64,000 nucleotides of DNA, taken from the NCBI GenBank assembly GCA_000004985.1, contig GG738875.1, one strand, 5' to 3'. The notes beneath the pieces were generated by a model. It was not told where the DNA came from, made no database searches, and saw nothing but the letters and a program-made list of their open reading frames with translations. The translations under genes were made by a program, and so were the position numbers. Below, in pieces: positions 1-11,401 of this stretch; the stretch's first letter is position 1; every line of letters starts with the position of its first letter. This DNA is from Naegleria gruberi (Eukaryota).

Positions 1-256
1 TGAACACCAGCTGATTGTGGTGATGGAGAGATTAAAAAGCCTAGAGTGCGAAAAGGAACAACAAAAAAAACATCACAAAAGCATTCCCTCCATTTTGTAT
101 TAATTACTTTAACCAACCTCCTAATATTGTACATCATTGATATATTGGTTGTATAGTAAATCAAACACACACATATCTAGATTCATAATCAAACAAAAAG
201 TATCATCTTTAGATCATCACAATTTGTAAATTAAAAACTTTTCCGAATATAAAAAG

Positions 257-1648
257 ATGAGTAATAATCCTCTTCAAGGTTTAGTGTATAGAGCAACTGA
301 TTCTAAAAATCCGACTGATGATTGGGATTCAATAATGCAATTATCTGATTTATTATGTCAAAATCCTGATGAAAATACAAAATTAATTCTTCCTTTGCTT
401 AATGGTCGTCTTCGAGATACAAACAGTGCAACTGTTTTATATTCATTAACTCTTGCAGATGCTCTCATGAAGAATACTAGTGATTTTGTTAAACAACAAT
501 TCCTAAGATCTGATTTTCTTACAATTATTAATAATTTATCAACTAGATCAAGTGATCAACAAGTTAGACAAAAAGCAACTGAAGTTATGAATGAAAATCA
601 AATTCCACAAGCATCACAAACTATTCAACAACAATCACCCCCTGTGAGTCAACCAAGAACAGTTCCTCAACCAATGCCAGTTTCTCAACCACTTTCGACC
701 AATACAAAACGTTCAACTACTAGAAAACTTGCAACCTATCAAGAAAAGATGGATAATGATTTGAATGTCGTTAGAGAAAATGTTGCTTTATTGAATGAAT
801 TGGTTACTGCTTCTTCATCTCCTGGCGAATTAAGACAAGATGATACTGCAGCTCAATTAAGAGCTAATTGTGAAGAAATGAGTAGAAGAATTATTGGACT
901 TATTGAAATGATTCCAGAGGAACAAGTTCTTTTAAAATTATTGGAAGTTCATGAAAATTTAAACAATTCAACACAAAGATATGATAAATTCATGACATCT
1001 GGCCAAAAGGAAGCAGTTAAGCTTGCTAGTCCAACAACTGGTAATAATTCATCTGCACCTCCTCTTTCTCCTCAAGTTTCTCAAGGATTTGGAGCATTAG
1101 CAAATAGAAATAATCAACCAAATGTAAATAGAAATCCACCAACCAAACCAAATAATGGAGCATTATCATTGGATGATTTTCTTGGAACAAATAGTACTCC
1201 TATTCAACCACAATCTAATCCTACTCCTGTTGTCAATCCTAATGTTAACTCAAATCAAAGGACACCATTATCATTGGACGACTTTTTAGGACTTCCAGTT
1301 CAACCATCCCAACCACAACCATCCATTCCTCAAAACAGTTATGCTCAACAACAACCAACTCACTACAATCCAAATCAACAACAACAATTCAATAATCCAC
1401 CACCTTCATATGAATATAGTAATAATCCATATGCTGATACAATGGAAAGAGAATTTTCAAGACTCAATGCTCCACAACAACAGCCTCAACAACCAAACAA
1501 CAACACCATGTATCCAAATGTTGGATATAACCCTTATTCATCCTCATCAGATCAAATCGATCCGAATGATCCTTTCGGCGTTTCTAAACAACAATCTCAA
1601 CCTCAAGAAGGTGGTTTTGCTGCTTTAGCCCATAGAAAGAAGAATTAA
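257..1648 (+). CDS. TOM1-like protein (VHS + GAT domains), single exon
   Basis: ATG at 257 after an A-rich leader. The N-terminus (RATDSKNPTDDWDSIMQLSDLL...) resembles the VHS domain of TOM1/GGA, and the central LNVVRENVALLNELV...EEMSRRIIGLIEMIPEE block resembles the GAT domain. The Q/N/P-rich C-terminus is low complexity. Stop TAA at 1646-1648. Confidence 0.75.
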   Translation: MSNNPLQGLVYRATDSKNPTDDWDSIMQLSDLLCQNPDENTKLILPLLNGRLRDTNSATVLYSLTLADALMKNTSDFVKQQFLRSDFLTIINNLSTRSSDQQVRQKATEVMNENQIPQASQTIQQQSPPVSQPRTVPQPMPVSQPLSTNTKRSTTRKLATYQEKMDNDLNVVRENVALLNELVTASSSPGELRQDDTAAQLRANCEEMSRRIIGLIEMIPEEQVLLKLLEVHENLNNSTQRYDKFMTSGQKEAVKLASPTTGNNSSAPPLSPQVSQGFGALANRNNQPNVNRNPPTKPNNGALSLDDFLGTNSTPIQPQSNPTPVVNPNVNSNQRTPLSLDDFLGLPVQPSQPQPSIPQNSYAQQQPTHYNPNQQQQFNNPPPSYEYSNNPYADTMEREFSRLNAPQQQPQQPNNNTMYPNVGYNPYSSSSDQIDPNDPFGVSKQQSQPQEGGFAALAHRKKN

Positions 1649-1876
1649 ACCACAACACTTTAATGTATTATAAAATTAATTGTTTGTAAAGTTATTAAAG
1701 AGATTCAATATTGAATGATTAATAATCGTCTAATAATGATGAGTTTGCGTTATTATTTTATTTTACACCCGGTTCACTTATAATCGGGTGAGTTAAAATA
1801 TTGTTGCTTAGCAATAGATATGGATAGTAATAGAGTTAGGAAACGTGATTAAACGGTATGTTACATTCTAATGAAT

Positions 1877-2693
1877 TTATTGCTCGTCATCCTCAGCATC
1901 TTCAACTTTAGTTCCATCATTCTTTTCTTCTTGCATATCAGATGTCCACAAAGTCAAGTTGTCTCTCAACAATTGAAGAATGAGTGTAGAATCCTTGTAG
2001 GATTCTTCAGTAAGACTGTCCAATTCAGCGATAGCATCATCGAAAGCCTTCTTGGCCAATTGGCAAGCGCTTTGAGGTGAGTTCAAAATTTCATAGTAGA
2101 AAACAGAGAAGTTAAGGGCCAAACCCAATCTGATTGGATGGGTAGTTGGGAGTTCCTTGGCAACCTTGGTGGCAGTGTTGTAAGAATCCAAGGAGTTGTT
2201 AGCAGCTTCCTTTCTAGAATCACCTGTAGTGAATTCAGCAAGATATCTGTGGTAGTCACCCTTCATCTTGTAGTGGAAGACTTTAGATTCATCAGATTGG
2301 CTTGATGGAATCAAGTGTTGGTCCAAGATTTCCAAAATATCATTACAGATGTCAGTTAATTCACGTTCAACCTTTGTTCTGTATTTCTTGATCTTTTCAA
2401 CGTGATGTAAATTTCCCTTGCTTTCTTCCTTTTGTTCAATAGAGTTGATAATTCTCCATGAAGCACGTCTGGAACCAATAACGTTTTTGTATGCGACAGA
2501 CAAGAGATTTCTTTCCTCAACAGTCAATTCAACATCCAATTGGGCGACTCTCTTCATGCTTTGGACCATTTCTATTATTTACCATCATATTAAAATTTTT
2601 TGTTGTTGTATAATACTCACCATCATATCTTTCAGCTTGTTCAGCAAGCTTGGCCATGAAAACATTATCTTCTCTGGTTTCAGTTTCGCTCAT
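1877..2693 (-). CDS. 14-3-3 protein; join(2621..2693,1877..2571) with a 49-nt intron at 2572..2620
   Basis: Exon 1 encodes [24 protein letters not shown] and ends at a GTGAGT donor. An AATAG acceptor joins it to ...[42 protein letters not shown]..., the canonical 14-3-3 sequence including [14 protein letters not shown]. Codon use is the highly-expressed type (gct/ttc/aag/ggt). Confidence 0.9.
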
Positions 2694-3655
2694 TTTGATC
2701 TAAGTTTTTATAAATTGTATAATTGTATAAAGTAGGTACGGTACAGCGGTGTGAAGATGAGTATGAATACAATAGTCTTTAATAGTTACCTTCAGGGATT
2801 TTGTTTATTTTTTTTTGTTTTAAAAGAAGCTATCTTTTGTATTGCGAGCGAGCCAATAGCGGTTGAGCAAAAATCGATTGTAAACACTCGTCACAGTCTT
2901 GAAGTAAAAAGACGGCAAGCAACAAGCTGAACCTAAATTTATCTCCAAGTACGGTCGTAAATTAAGAGATGATTAAACAAATCAAGCACTGCTGAAACAA
3001 TCCATTATTCTTACAATTTGTCATAATATATCAATTAAAATTACAACAATTTAACTGAACCAACCATATACTTCATTCCTTATCAATTAAGGCTCTCTCC
3101 ATTGAAAATCTACAAGCTGGTCCTTCTTCTGATAATCTCCCACCAATAACAACACAATTCAAAGTCAATAAACAAAAAGTGCAACACAAATTCCGATATT
3201 TGTCTTCTCGGAACTCTCGCTCTCTCAAAAGCATTACGTGGCTTCCCGCCAAAATTGGTTAGACTCTAATTTGTACTTTTTGCTGTTTTTGCATTCTTAA
3301 GCACAATTCAATAAGATTTTCTTCTTATTGAATAACTTTGATTGTCGTGAGGTATTGAAATTATTATAATGGACTTATCAAGATTACAGTGAACTCTTGC
3401 TTTGAATTGGATATCATCAATGCGATTGAACACAAGAAGAAATTGGTTTATTCAACTTGTATCTCTCTGCTATCAAAATAACAATTATTGAAAATTTGAA
3501 CCAATTTTAAATAACCATCTCAGATGTGGTAATAATGATCGAATAAGATTTTGTTGTTTCACAAGATTTAACATGTTTCCTATTTGATTGCTACATCCAA
3601 AAAAACTCCAAAGATTGATTCACACATGTACCATCACGACAACAATTCAAAATAA

Positions 3656-3916
3656 TTATTCCTTCTTTTCCTCTGAGGTTACAGCATCCTGAAGTTGTTC
3701 TTGTTGTACAATATTATTATTTGCTTCATTATTTCTAGTGCTCGGAATGGCTCTTCTTCTTGCTCTTGCTTCTTTTGCTTTGGCAATTTCAGCCTCCTTC
3801 TTAGCCTTTTTTTCTTCTGCCATCTTTTCATCAATTTGTGGTTGCCAAGCATAAATGGTTGTTAAAAGACCAGCTACGGCAGGTAAGATGAAAAGTCCAG
3901 GTGGTCTTCTATTCAT
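3656..3916 (-). CDS. Hypothetical small membrane protein (86 aa), one N-terminal TM helix and a K/E-rich tail
   Basis: ATG with an aaaaaaaATG context at 3916. Hydrophobic segment GLFILPAVAGLLTTIYAW followed by a charged AEEKKAKKEAEIAKAKEARARRR tail. I recognise no homologue. Confidence 0.4.
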   Translation of the reverse strand: MNRRPPGLFILPAVAGLLTTIYAWQPQIDEKMAEEKKAKKEAEIAKAKEARARRRAIPSTRNNEANNNIVQQEQLQDAVTSEEKKE

Positions 3917-4267
3917 TTTTTTTAAAATTTATTAAAATGTAATTAAAATGGATTTCAAGTTGAGATTTTAATGCAAAATTTAATATTTAATTGTGTTTAA
4001 AAGTTTAGTTATTATTTAAATGGTAATTACAACAATTAAATGTGAAATTTAAATAAATATTGTAATTTATTGTAAATAATTAAATAAAATTGTAAACAAT
4101 TTTAATTATTAATAATTTAATTTAAATAAATGTTTGGAATATGGTACTAATTTCAATGGAACTTTCTGTTGCTCTTTTGTCAAATAAAAACATTTGAAAG
4201 GTGAAAAATTTAGCAAACAGCCGTTAAAAAAAAATTCCGTCATTTGACAATTGACAGACTCATCACC

Positions 4268-5210
4268 ATGGTGCAAAATATTAAAGTTGCTGTTTGCGGT
4301 TCAGGTGCTGTTGGTAAATCATGTTTAACTATTCAATTTGTACAAAATCAATTTGTTGAAGCGTAAGTAAAAATTAATTTAATTGACATTTTGACAGGTG
4401 AATAGATGGGATCCTACAATTGAGGACAGTTATCAAAAAACACTTAAAATTAATAATGATGTAGTACAATTAGATATATTGGACACAGCCGGACAAGGTT
4501 TGTTTTTTTATTCTTTACAATTTTTACAATTTTGTTAAAGATGGTATGTTTAATAGTAGTATTTTAAATATATCGGAGGAATTTTAATATTTTTTTTGAT
4601 CATTTGATAGAATACAAGGTATGTCATGATGATCAAGTTATTATTAATATCATTCAACTATTATTAATTGTAATACTTTACAAAAAATATTTAAATTATG
4701 TAAATTATTTAAAAGGCATTAAGAGATGAATATATGAGAACTGCTGATGGATTTTTATTGGTTTTTGATATTTCAAAACCAAAAACATTTGAAGATTTGA
4801 ATGAATTCCACAAACAAATTGTCAGAAGTAAAGATTGTGATTATCCACCAATTGTACTTGTTGGAAATAAGATTGATGTAAGTTAATTATTGTTTGTTGG
4901 GTGATGATGATGATATTTTTTATTACATTTTATCCTCAATCTAATCTCATCAACTATTTAATAATACATATTTAATAATAATTGTAAACTTTAGCTTCCA
5001 CCTGAAAAGAGAACAGTTTCGAAACAACAATCTGAGGAACTTTGCAGTAAATGGAAAATTGAATTTATTGAAACAAGTGCAAAAACAAGAACAAATGTCG
5101 ATGAAGCATTTCAAAAGTTAGTCAAATTTGTTTTGAGAGATTTGGAAAAAACCAAACCACCACAACCAACTACAACACAAAAGGAAAAGAAATCATGTAT
5201 TTTACTTTAA
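4268..5210 (+). CDS. Ras-family small GTPase (Ras/Rap-like), 5 exons: join(4268..4362,4406..4497,4611..4618,4716..4877,4995..5210)
   Basis: G-box motifs read directly: GSGAVGKS (P-loop), DPTIEDSY (effector region), DTAGQ, NKID, TSAK, and a C-terminal CAAX box CILL. Donors GTAAGT, GTTTGT, GTATGT, GTAAGT; acceptors AATAG, GATAG, AAAAG, TTTAG. Exon 3 is an 8-nt micro-exon (AATACAAG) needed to keep the frame [15 protein letters not shown]. Total 573 nt, 190 aa. Confidence 0.75.
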
Positions 5211-5307
5211 TAATAGATGTAAATAAAAGATTGGAGATGAATTCCATTCACATAGTATTCAAAATCTTAGTGGAATAATATGTAAAAATCAACAATGAAA
5301 TTGTAAA

Positions 5308-8156
5308 CTAATCAATTTCAATGATTTCATTTGGATCTCTCTTACGTTTCTTCTTTTCAGCATTGGCAATAGCAACTTGATGAATACTATGGATTTCATG
5401 TTTGGCTGGGTTCTCTCCCATCAAAATATCAACCAAATTACGATAATCAACTACAACACAGTTTTCACATTTAGCACCAATCTTTTTGTGTTTGGAAAAT
5501 GTATTCTTATTAATAAGCACTAAGTTGGCATAGAAATTATCAATTTTTCCACCTCCACTCCTTATTAAACATTCAACTCTGCTCTTAGTGTGCTTCCTCA
5601 ATAGAACTTGTCCAGTCATGTGAGAGAAAACAAATGTTTTCAACGCCTTATGATTCTGATTTACCTTTAGTAGAGTTTGAACTTTAGAGTCGAATTCATG
5701 TGCACACTTATTGAAAAGATAAGGTTCTTCGTCAATCCAACATTGAGATTCAATACTCTTTTGAATATACTCTGGTTTAACAATGGCACAATTACCAGCT
5801 ACTGCACATAGAAAATTGTAATCTTCCGTGTTGAGATGATTTGCCACAAAGTGAGTTGTAACATTTGGAACAAACTCCTTATTGATTTGATAATGTGTTA
5901 ATATTCCAATATCTTTGGTCAATTCATTTTCCAATTCTGGATTTTGGAAAAGGATATTTCTTTGTGAGATTTCATTGGACCAATTATCTGCACTCTTTAA
6001 AATCATATTTTGTACATCAGTTTTGTCTTCAACTCCTGATAACCATTGATTAATAACTTGTAAACTTTCTTCATCCAAACTTGTTTCGAACATTTTCAAA
6101 CATTTCATTACTAAATGTTCTGCATCTAATTTGTGAGCAATGTCCAACATTGGAATCACCAAATCATTCTCTACAACAGGCTCAATTCCATAGAACATCA
6201 TTAAAATATTTTTCAATGCTCTTGTTTTGATTTGAGATTCAGGATCAATAAGCAATTGCTTCTCCTCATCACTCATTTCTGCAAAATTAATTAATGCACC
6301 ATCAGCTACATCTTCATCATTGAAGAGATTAATTTCATCAGAAGCAAAATGACCAGTGTAAAAAGCTTCAAAAAATGTACTTTGTGCAATTAAGACACTT
6401 CTATGACATTTGATCTTTTCAGTGCCAAACTGATCTATAATGATGGTAGTATCTGATGAATCAGAATTAAATAGACTTTCTAGACATGAATGAGTGGTTG
6501 GTAAAGTAGCAAAGTTCCCATTTTTCATAAATGTCGATAAATCCTTCCCTAATATCTTTGGATCTATTCCTTCCTGTTTCAACATCTTTATGAATTTGTC
6601 AGCAATTGGCTCAAAACCTATACATTTTGAAATGTGAACTAAACTCAAATACATTAGTGGGGCTGTAAAATCATTAAAATCTACACACATCCTTTCAAGA
6701 TAGTATAATAGCTCTGCAATCATTGAGGTTGAATATTTCTTCATAAATGAGCAATTTTCTGAGAAACAATAATCAACCAAATCTTGAAGAATATTTGGTG
6801 AATTTTCAGAATTAACTAAGTTATCTTGTTTGAGGAATGTATAAAATGAAGGATTTCTAATTTGGATAAATGCAAGGAATGTGTAAATGTTATTCGAATT
6901 ACCAATTTGAATTGTATCAGAGGATAATTTGAATTGTTTGGCCTTTTCTGAAACAAGTTGATAAATTGATTTTTCAACTTGGTGTGGTGAGTAATCTGAT
7001 TTGTAAAATATTAATTCATCGTCATTGAAATTAACTCTAGCATTTGAATCAGTTCCAAAATTAACAATTAAAACTGGTTCGTTCACACTGGTATTTTCTA
7101 CCATGACTGTATTCATACCATCTGTGGTTTGAATGTGCATATTATTGGTGGTTTTTTCATTGCAAAATAAGAGTACATCCTCTGAATCATTGTTTTGGTA
7201 TTCAATTTGAGTACTATATCTGTTGCCTCTGTGATTGTTTTAGTGAACTTGGTGGTGAAAACAATTTTTTTAGGTAAGCAATAAACAGCCTCAATACTAG
7301 GCAAATAATATATATAGAATATTATCAATATTAATAACATACCTATCAAACTGTTGTAGAGTTGGAATAACTTTAGTGTTTCGCAATGGTGTTTCCCCTA
7401 AAAATTGGCCATAAGCAACATATGATCCATCACTCAATTTAAATAAAGAGTATGATCTGCCACAATAAACATCAACTATGTTTTCCTTAAGCTCAGTAAT
7501 TCTCTGAGGTGTAGAAAGATAGACCGAATCGTTTTCAAACGTCTGTTGTCCATAATAATTACTACCACAAGTGTAAATCTTTTTAGTATTGGTAAAGAAT
7601 AAAGTGAAGGCATCTCCACATGCAATCTTTACAACCTTGTCCTTATACTTTTTGCTATTTATATTGATTCTATCAAAGAAATTCAATGGAACAAAATCAT
7701 GCACTGTATCCAAATGTCCCAATCCCAATTGACCATAATCATTTTTCTAATAAAGTAAATTAAATTAAATTATATTAATACTATATTAATACTAACACCC
7801 ATTCCATAAACTTTTGATTTTCCCAAGAGAAATAAATGTGTATTTGTACCAACAATGTCCAACACTGAATCATTAATTGTATCAACCAATTTCAATATTG
7901 AATAAGATTCACTATATTTGCATTTGTACAATTTTCCCTCACTATCAATCACAAATAAATTGCTTTGAGAGACAATAGCCTTCTTGATCACAATATCATT
8001 CGGAATGGAAATTTGATAGGTTTGTGTGGTGGGTACTGCGTAGCCCTTCAAGGATGGAGCATAAACTGAGAGGACAATAATCTTATCATCAACATCAATA
8101 TTAATTTGTTTGGGCTCCACAGTGTAAGTTTTTTTGGTGGTGGCAAAATGAAACAT
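5308..8156 (-). CDS. RCC1-repeat and BTB/POZ domain protein (RCBTB-like), at least 3 exons: join(7797..8156,7343..7746,5308..~7219)
   Basis: Exons 1-2 contain RCC1-type blades (LLGKSKVYGMG | KNDYGQLGLGHLD...YTCGSNYYGQQ...). The large 3' exon carries a BTB domain (DQFGTEKIKCHRSVLIAQSTFFEAFYTGHF). Introns of 50 nt (donor GTTAGT) and 46 nt (donor GTATGT) are clear. The third intron acceptor is ambiguous (AG at 7220 or 7214, both in frame). Confidence 0.65.
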
Positions 8157-8356
8157 TTTTTTTCGATTGGTTATTAGAAAATTTGTTTTCCACCTTTTAA
8201 AGGAGAAGAATAGCACAATTCTTTGTGATTAATCATCCGAGTCAAGAATTTAATAGAAATATTTATAAGTGATGAATATTCAGCTTAATTCTTCAAAGTT
8301 TAGAACATTCTTCTCGGCAAAATATTAGGTTCTAAATGTCAGGAACAAAACTTCAA

Positions 8357-8429
8357 CTCCCCCTGGTGGGCTCGAACCACCGACCTGCAGATTAACAGTC
8401 TGACGCTCTACCGACTGAGCTAAGGGGGA
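8357..8429 (-). tRNA. tRNA-Asn (anticodon GUU), 73 nt, no intron
   Basis: The reverse complement reads TCCCCCT-TA-GCTCAGTCGGTAGAGC-G-TCAGA-CTGTTAA-TCTGC-AGGTC-GGTGG-TTCGAGC-CCACC-AGGGGGA-G. It has a 7-bp acceptor stem, GCTC/GAGC D-stem, anticodon loop CT-GTT-AA, a GGTTCGAGCCC T-arm and discriminator G. This matches the eukaryotic tRNA-Asn consensus. Confidence 0.9.
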
Positions 8430-9202
8430 CTTCTGTCGTCATTTGTTTTTTAGTATTCGGTTTAATATTTTATCTTCAAGAACAAATAAGCACCAGGAAG
8501 TGGTGTTTATTAAGCACAAGAACAGTCTTTTTCTTTGATGGCTATTTGGCATAGAGTTCAGCTCCTTTTCTCTCATTTTAGGAGTTGTATACTATATTAA
8601 ATCGAAATTAGTGAATTCCATCTCATTATCTGTAAGCAAATTGAAAAGGGAGTCAAATCATTTATTTGAATAGTGAAAGCACCATTTTGAACAACAACCT
8701 TTGATTATTTCTTGCTCCTTGAAAAGATTTGAAAGCACTTAACATGTTGGTCTCCAGATATAGAAGAGTGAAAAGTTATTACCCATAACTACTGAAATGA
8801 ATCTTGTTGAAAGAAATAGGACTAAAGCGATTTTACATTTCATTTATTGAAAGAAAAGGTTCAGAAATACCTCCACAACAAGATGAAATTCTTCGAAAAC
8901 AATTGAAGATAGCATTCAAAAACCACCATACGAAACTACTGATTCTTGCTCAGAACAATTGTGGGGTCCTATTTTGTTAATTGACTTGTTGTTATTGTTA
9001 ATATTTAAATTAGATTAATATTCAAATACTAGGTCGAAACAGTCATTCAGATCCAATATTATGTTTGATTTGTTAATAGTTTATTGAACTTTACATTTTG
9101 AAATGAGGTTGTATAGGTCAACCCAAGTTACAGCCAAGTTCCTCCAAAGAGAAATAATCAACTAATTCCTTTGATGTTTATAATTCAATTCCAATAAAAA
9201 AA

Positions 9203-9956
9203 ATGTCTTCACCAACCTTTACTTTGATTGATGAGAATCCACAAAAAACCATCGATGAAGTTCTCATTGAACAACAAAGCCACAGTGAAAGATTATTGGA
9301 CAAACCAATGGAAAAGGGATTTTCCTTTAAATTTGATTATGTTGCAACCATCGGAAAAACTGGACATGAAGGAAATGGACACGATGAATTTAATAGACCA
9401 GACGATGTGATCATTACAAGAGATAGATATTTAATTGTTGCAGATAAAGAAAATGAAAGATTGCAAGTTTTTATTGAAGATTATTCATTAATTTGGAAAT
9501 ATTTCACAACCATCAAAACTCCTCAAGTGAAACCATACTGTTTAGAATTGAAAGAAAGTGAAAGTGGAGAAGAAACTTTATGGGTCTTGGGTGATCATTC
9601 AAATCAACAAGTGTTGAAATTTTCAAACATTTCACAATTCATTTCTGATATTAACAATGGAAAGGAAACTAAACCAGAACAAGTTGATAAAAAAACTAGC
9701 GGATCATTTGTTAATTTCCAATTTTCAATCACAACAGATAAATTTAAAGGTTGGTCAATTCGTTCAGAACCATACGAACATGAATTGGAAGTTTATGGAG
9801 CTGATTTTGAGATGGTTTTTAAATATGCTAAGGATAAAGGAAGTGGTCCTGGAAATGATCAATTATATGTTCCATGTGGATCATGTATTGATTATAAACA
9901 TGGACACTTTTTGATTTGGTGATTCTGCCAATCACAGAATTCAAATATTCCAATAA
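9203..9956 (+). CDS. NHL-repeat protein; the reading frame is interrupted by an apparent 1-nt frameshift near 9914-9917
   Basis: ATG at 9203 (aaaaaaaATG). NHL-type motif GHEGNGHDEFNRPDDVIITRDRYLIVADKENERLQVF. The ORF stops at 9920-9922 (HFLIW*), but the +2 frame continues ...GDSANHRIQIFQ* to TAA at 9954-9956. That is a textbook NHL motif (V/I-x-DSANHRIQIF), so the terminal blade is split across two frames. Confidence 0.6.
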
Positions 9957-10572
9957 AACCAAAACCAGTATTGAGTCTAATTTCACACTGACAAGGTTAC
10001 AATTTCTTTCAATTCATAATTCTTTCAACAATATCCACTTCAAAGAACAACTTGGTCATCATCGTTCTCTATTGACACAGCCAATCTATCATTATCCATT
10101 CTATATTCCTTCTTTAATAATTTCTAAAGAAATAGTCAAGTGAAATTGAATTTTCCATTCACTGGTGCGTGTTTCTATTACCAATAAACTAGCGAAATAT
10201 ACAATTAACACCTTTACATATAATTTTCCATTCAATTTAAATTTGTCATCCTATTTACTACTATCATGATTTAGTTTAATAGGAAAGAATGTATTTGATT
10301 TTAAGGATTTGACTTCTATCCAAATACATCTATCAATACCATACTCCAACACAAATTCGCTATGGAGTGTTGGTTGGAGTTGAAAATATTGTCATGAAAT
10401 AATAACGGAGCTAGTTGAATAACCGACATTCGTTCAATAACAAGATTATCCAATAAAATAATAATAACAAATTCAATTATTTACATATGATGAAGATGTA
10501 TTGTCTCCATCTAAATAAACAATATGTTTATTATTAATGATACATTTCAATTTACAAGCAACTTTCGTCCAT

Positions 10573-10749
10573 TTAGAAAACGAAACCAAAGACAGCCAAG
10601 ATAGCAATCAACAAGATAGCAGCGAAACCTTGTTCAGGAGCACCAGCATAAACTTCAGATTCGTGATATTGAGCGTTAATTGGAGAGGCAAAGAAGAACA
10701 TGATGCAGGCCAAGAGCATCATCATGACAATAGTTTGAGTGGAAGACAT
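10573..10749 (-). CDS. Hypothetical 58-aa protein with a signal-peptide-like N-terminus and a C-terminal TM segment
   Basis: MSSTQTIVMMMLLACIMFFFASPINAQYHESEVYAGAPEQGFAAILLIAILAVFGFVF*. Codon use is strongly of the highly-expressed type (gct/ttc/atc/ggt/aac/caa). The overlapping plus-strand ORF has poor codon use. It is below the 60-aa ORF-track cutoff. Confidence 0.4.
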   Translation of the reverse strand: MSSTQTIVMMMLLACIMFFFASPINAQYHESEVYAGAPEQGFAAILLIAILAVFGFVF

Positions 10750-11401
10750 TTCGAATAGTTAGTTTTTTTTGTTGTTATTTGTTGAAGAGGATGAACAAGA
10801 GAGCAGTGATCCTTTAAATTCAAAAACTGAAACAACCGGTAATATGTACAATTGAGGTTTCGAACATCCTTCATACAATTTTTATAACTTACCTTCTATA
10901 TTAAGACCGGCAACGAAACAAGAGGTTTTTCAAATAAGGTTGAATAGAAGCATCAATGGATATGCACATCCATGTTGGTTTGTCGTGAATCTCTTGCACC
11001 GAAAACGCAGATTTTACTAGCTTTGACTTGGTTTTTTGTAATAGTTTACAATGAGGTGATTGTAAAGTTTACTATTTAATACATGCACTCATTAAAAGTT
11101 GTTCTACTTTCCATTAACGTTTGCTTTACAAAAATATCAACAAGTGCACTCTTTGAATTTGTACCATTTCGAATATTACTTTCCATTGTTCAAAGCGAAT
11201 AAAATTAATTATCTCTCTACTCTAGTCCGCTAAATATTCATTCTCCTAGCAAAAAATAAACACTCTATAATCATTTTGAATTAAACTATAATTTTTAATG
11301 ATGATACAATAATATTCTAAATTTCTTAAATATATAAAAAAGGGATACAAAAATGAATAAATCTATTCCATATTCATAATACACTGGTATGTAGTATACT
11401 A

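Noticed and set aside
4263-4320. N-terminal 19 residues [19 protein letters not shown] as a possible separate small ORF
   Set aside because: It is exon 1 of the Ras-family gene. The P-loop continues across a 43-nt intron into WDPTIEDSY.
7113-7349. ORF 7113..7349 (minus) as a coding exon of the RCC1-BTB gene
   Set aside because: It is an intron read-through frame. The conserved frame (…RYSTQIEYQNNDSEDVLLFCNEKTTNNMHIQ…) is reached only by an acceptor near 7220 or 7214, and that ORF is out of frame with the BTB exon.
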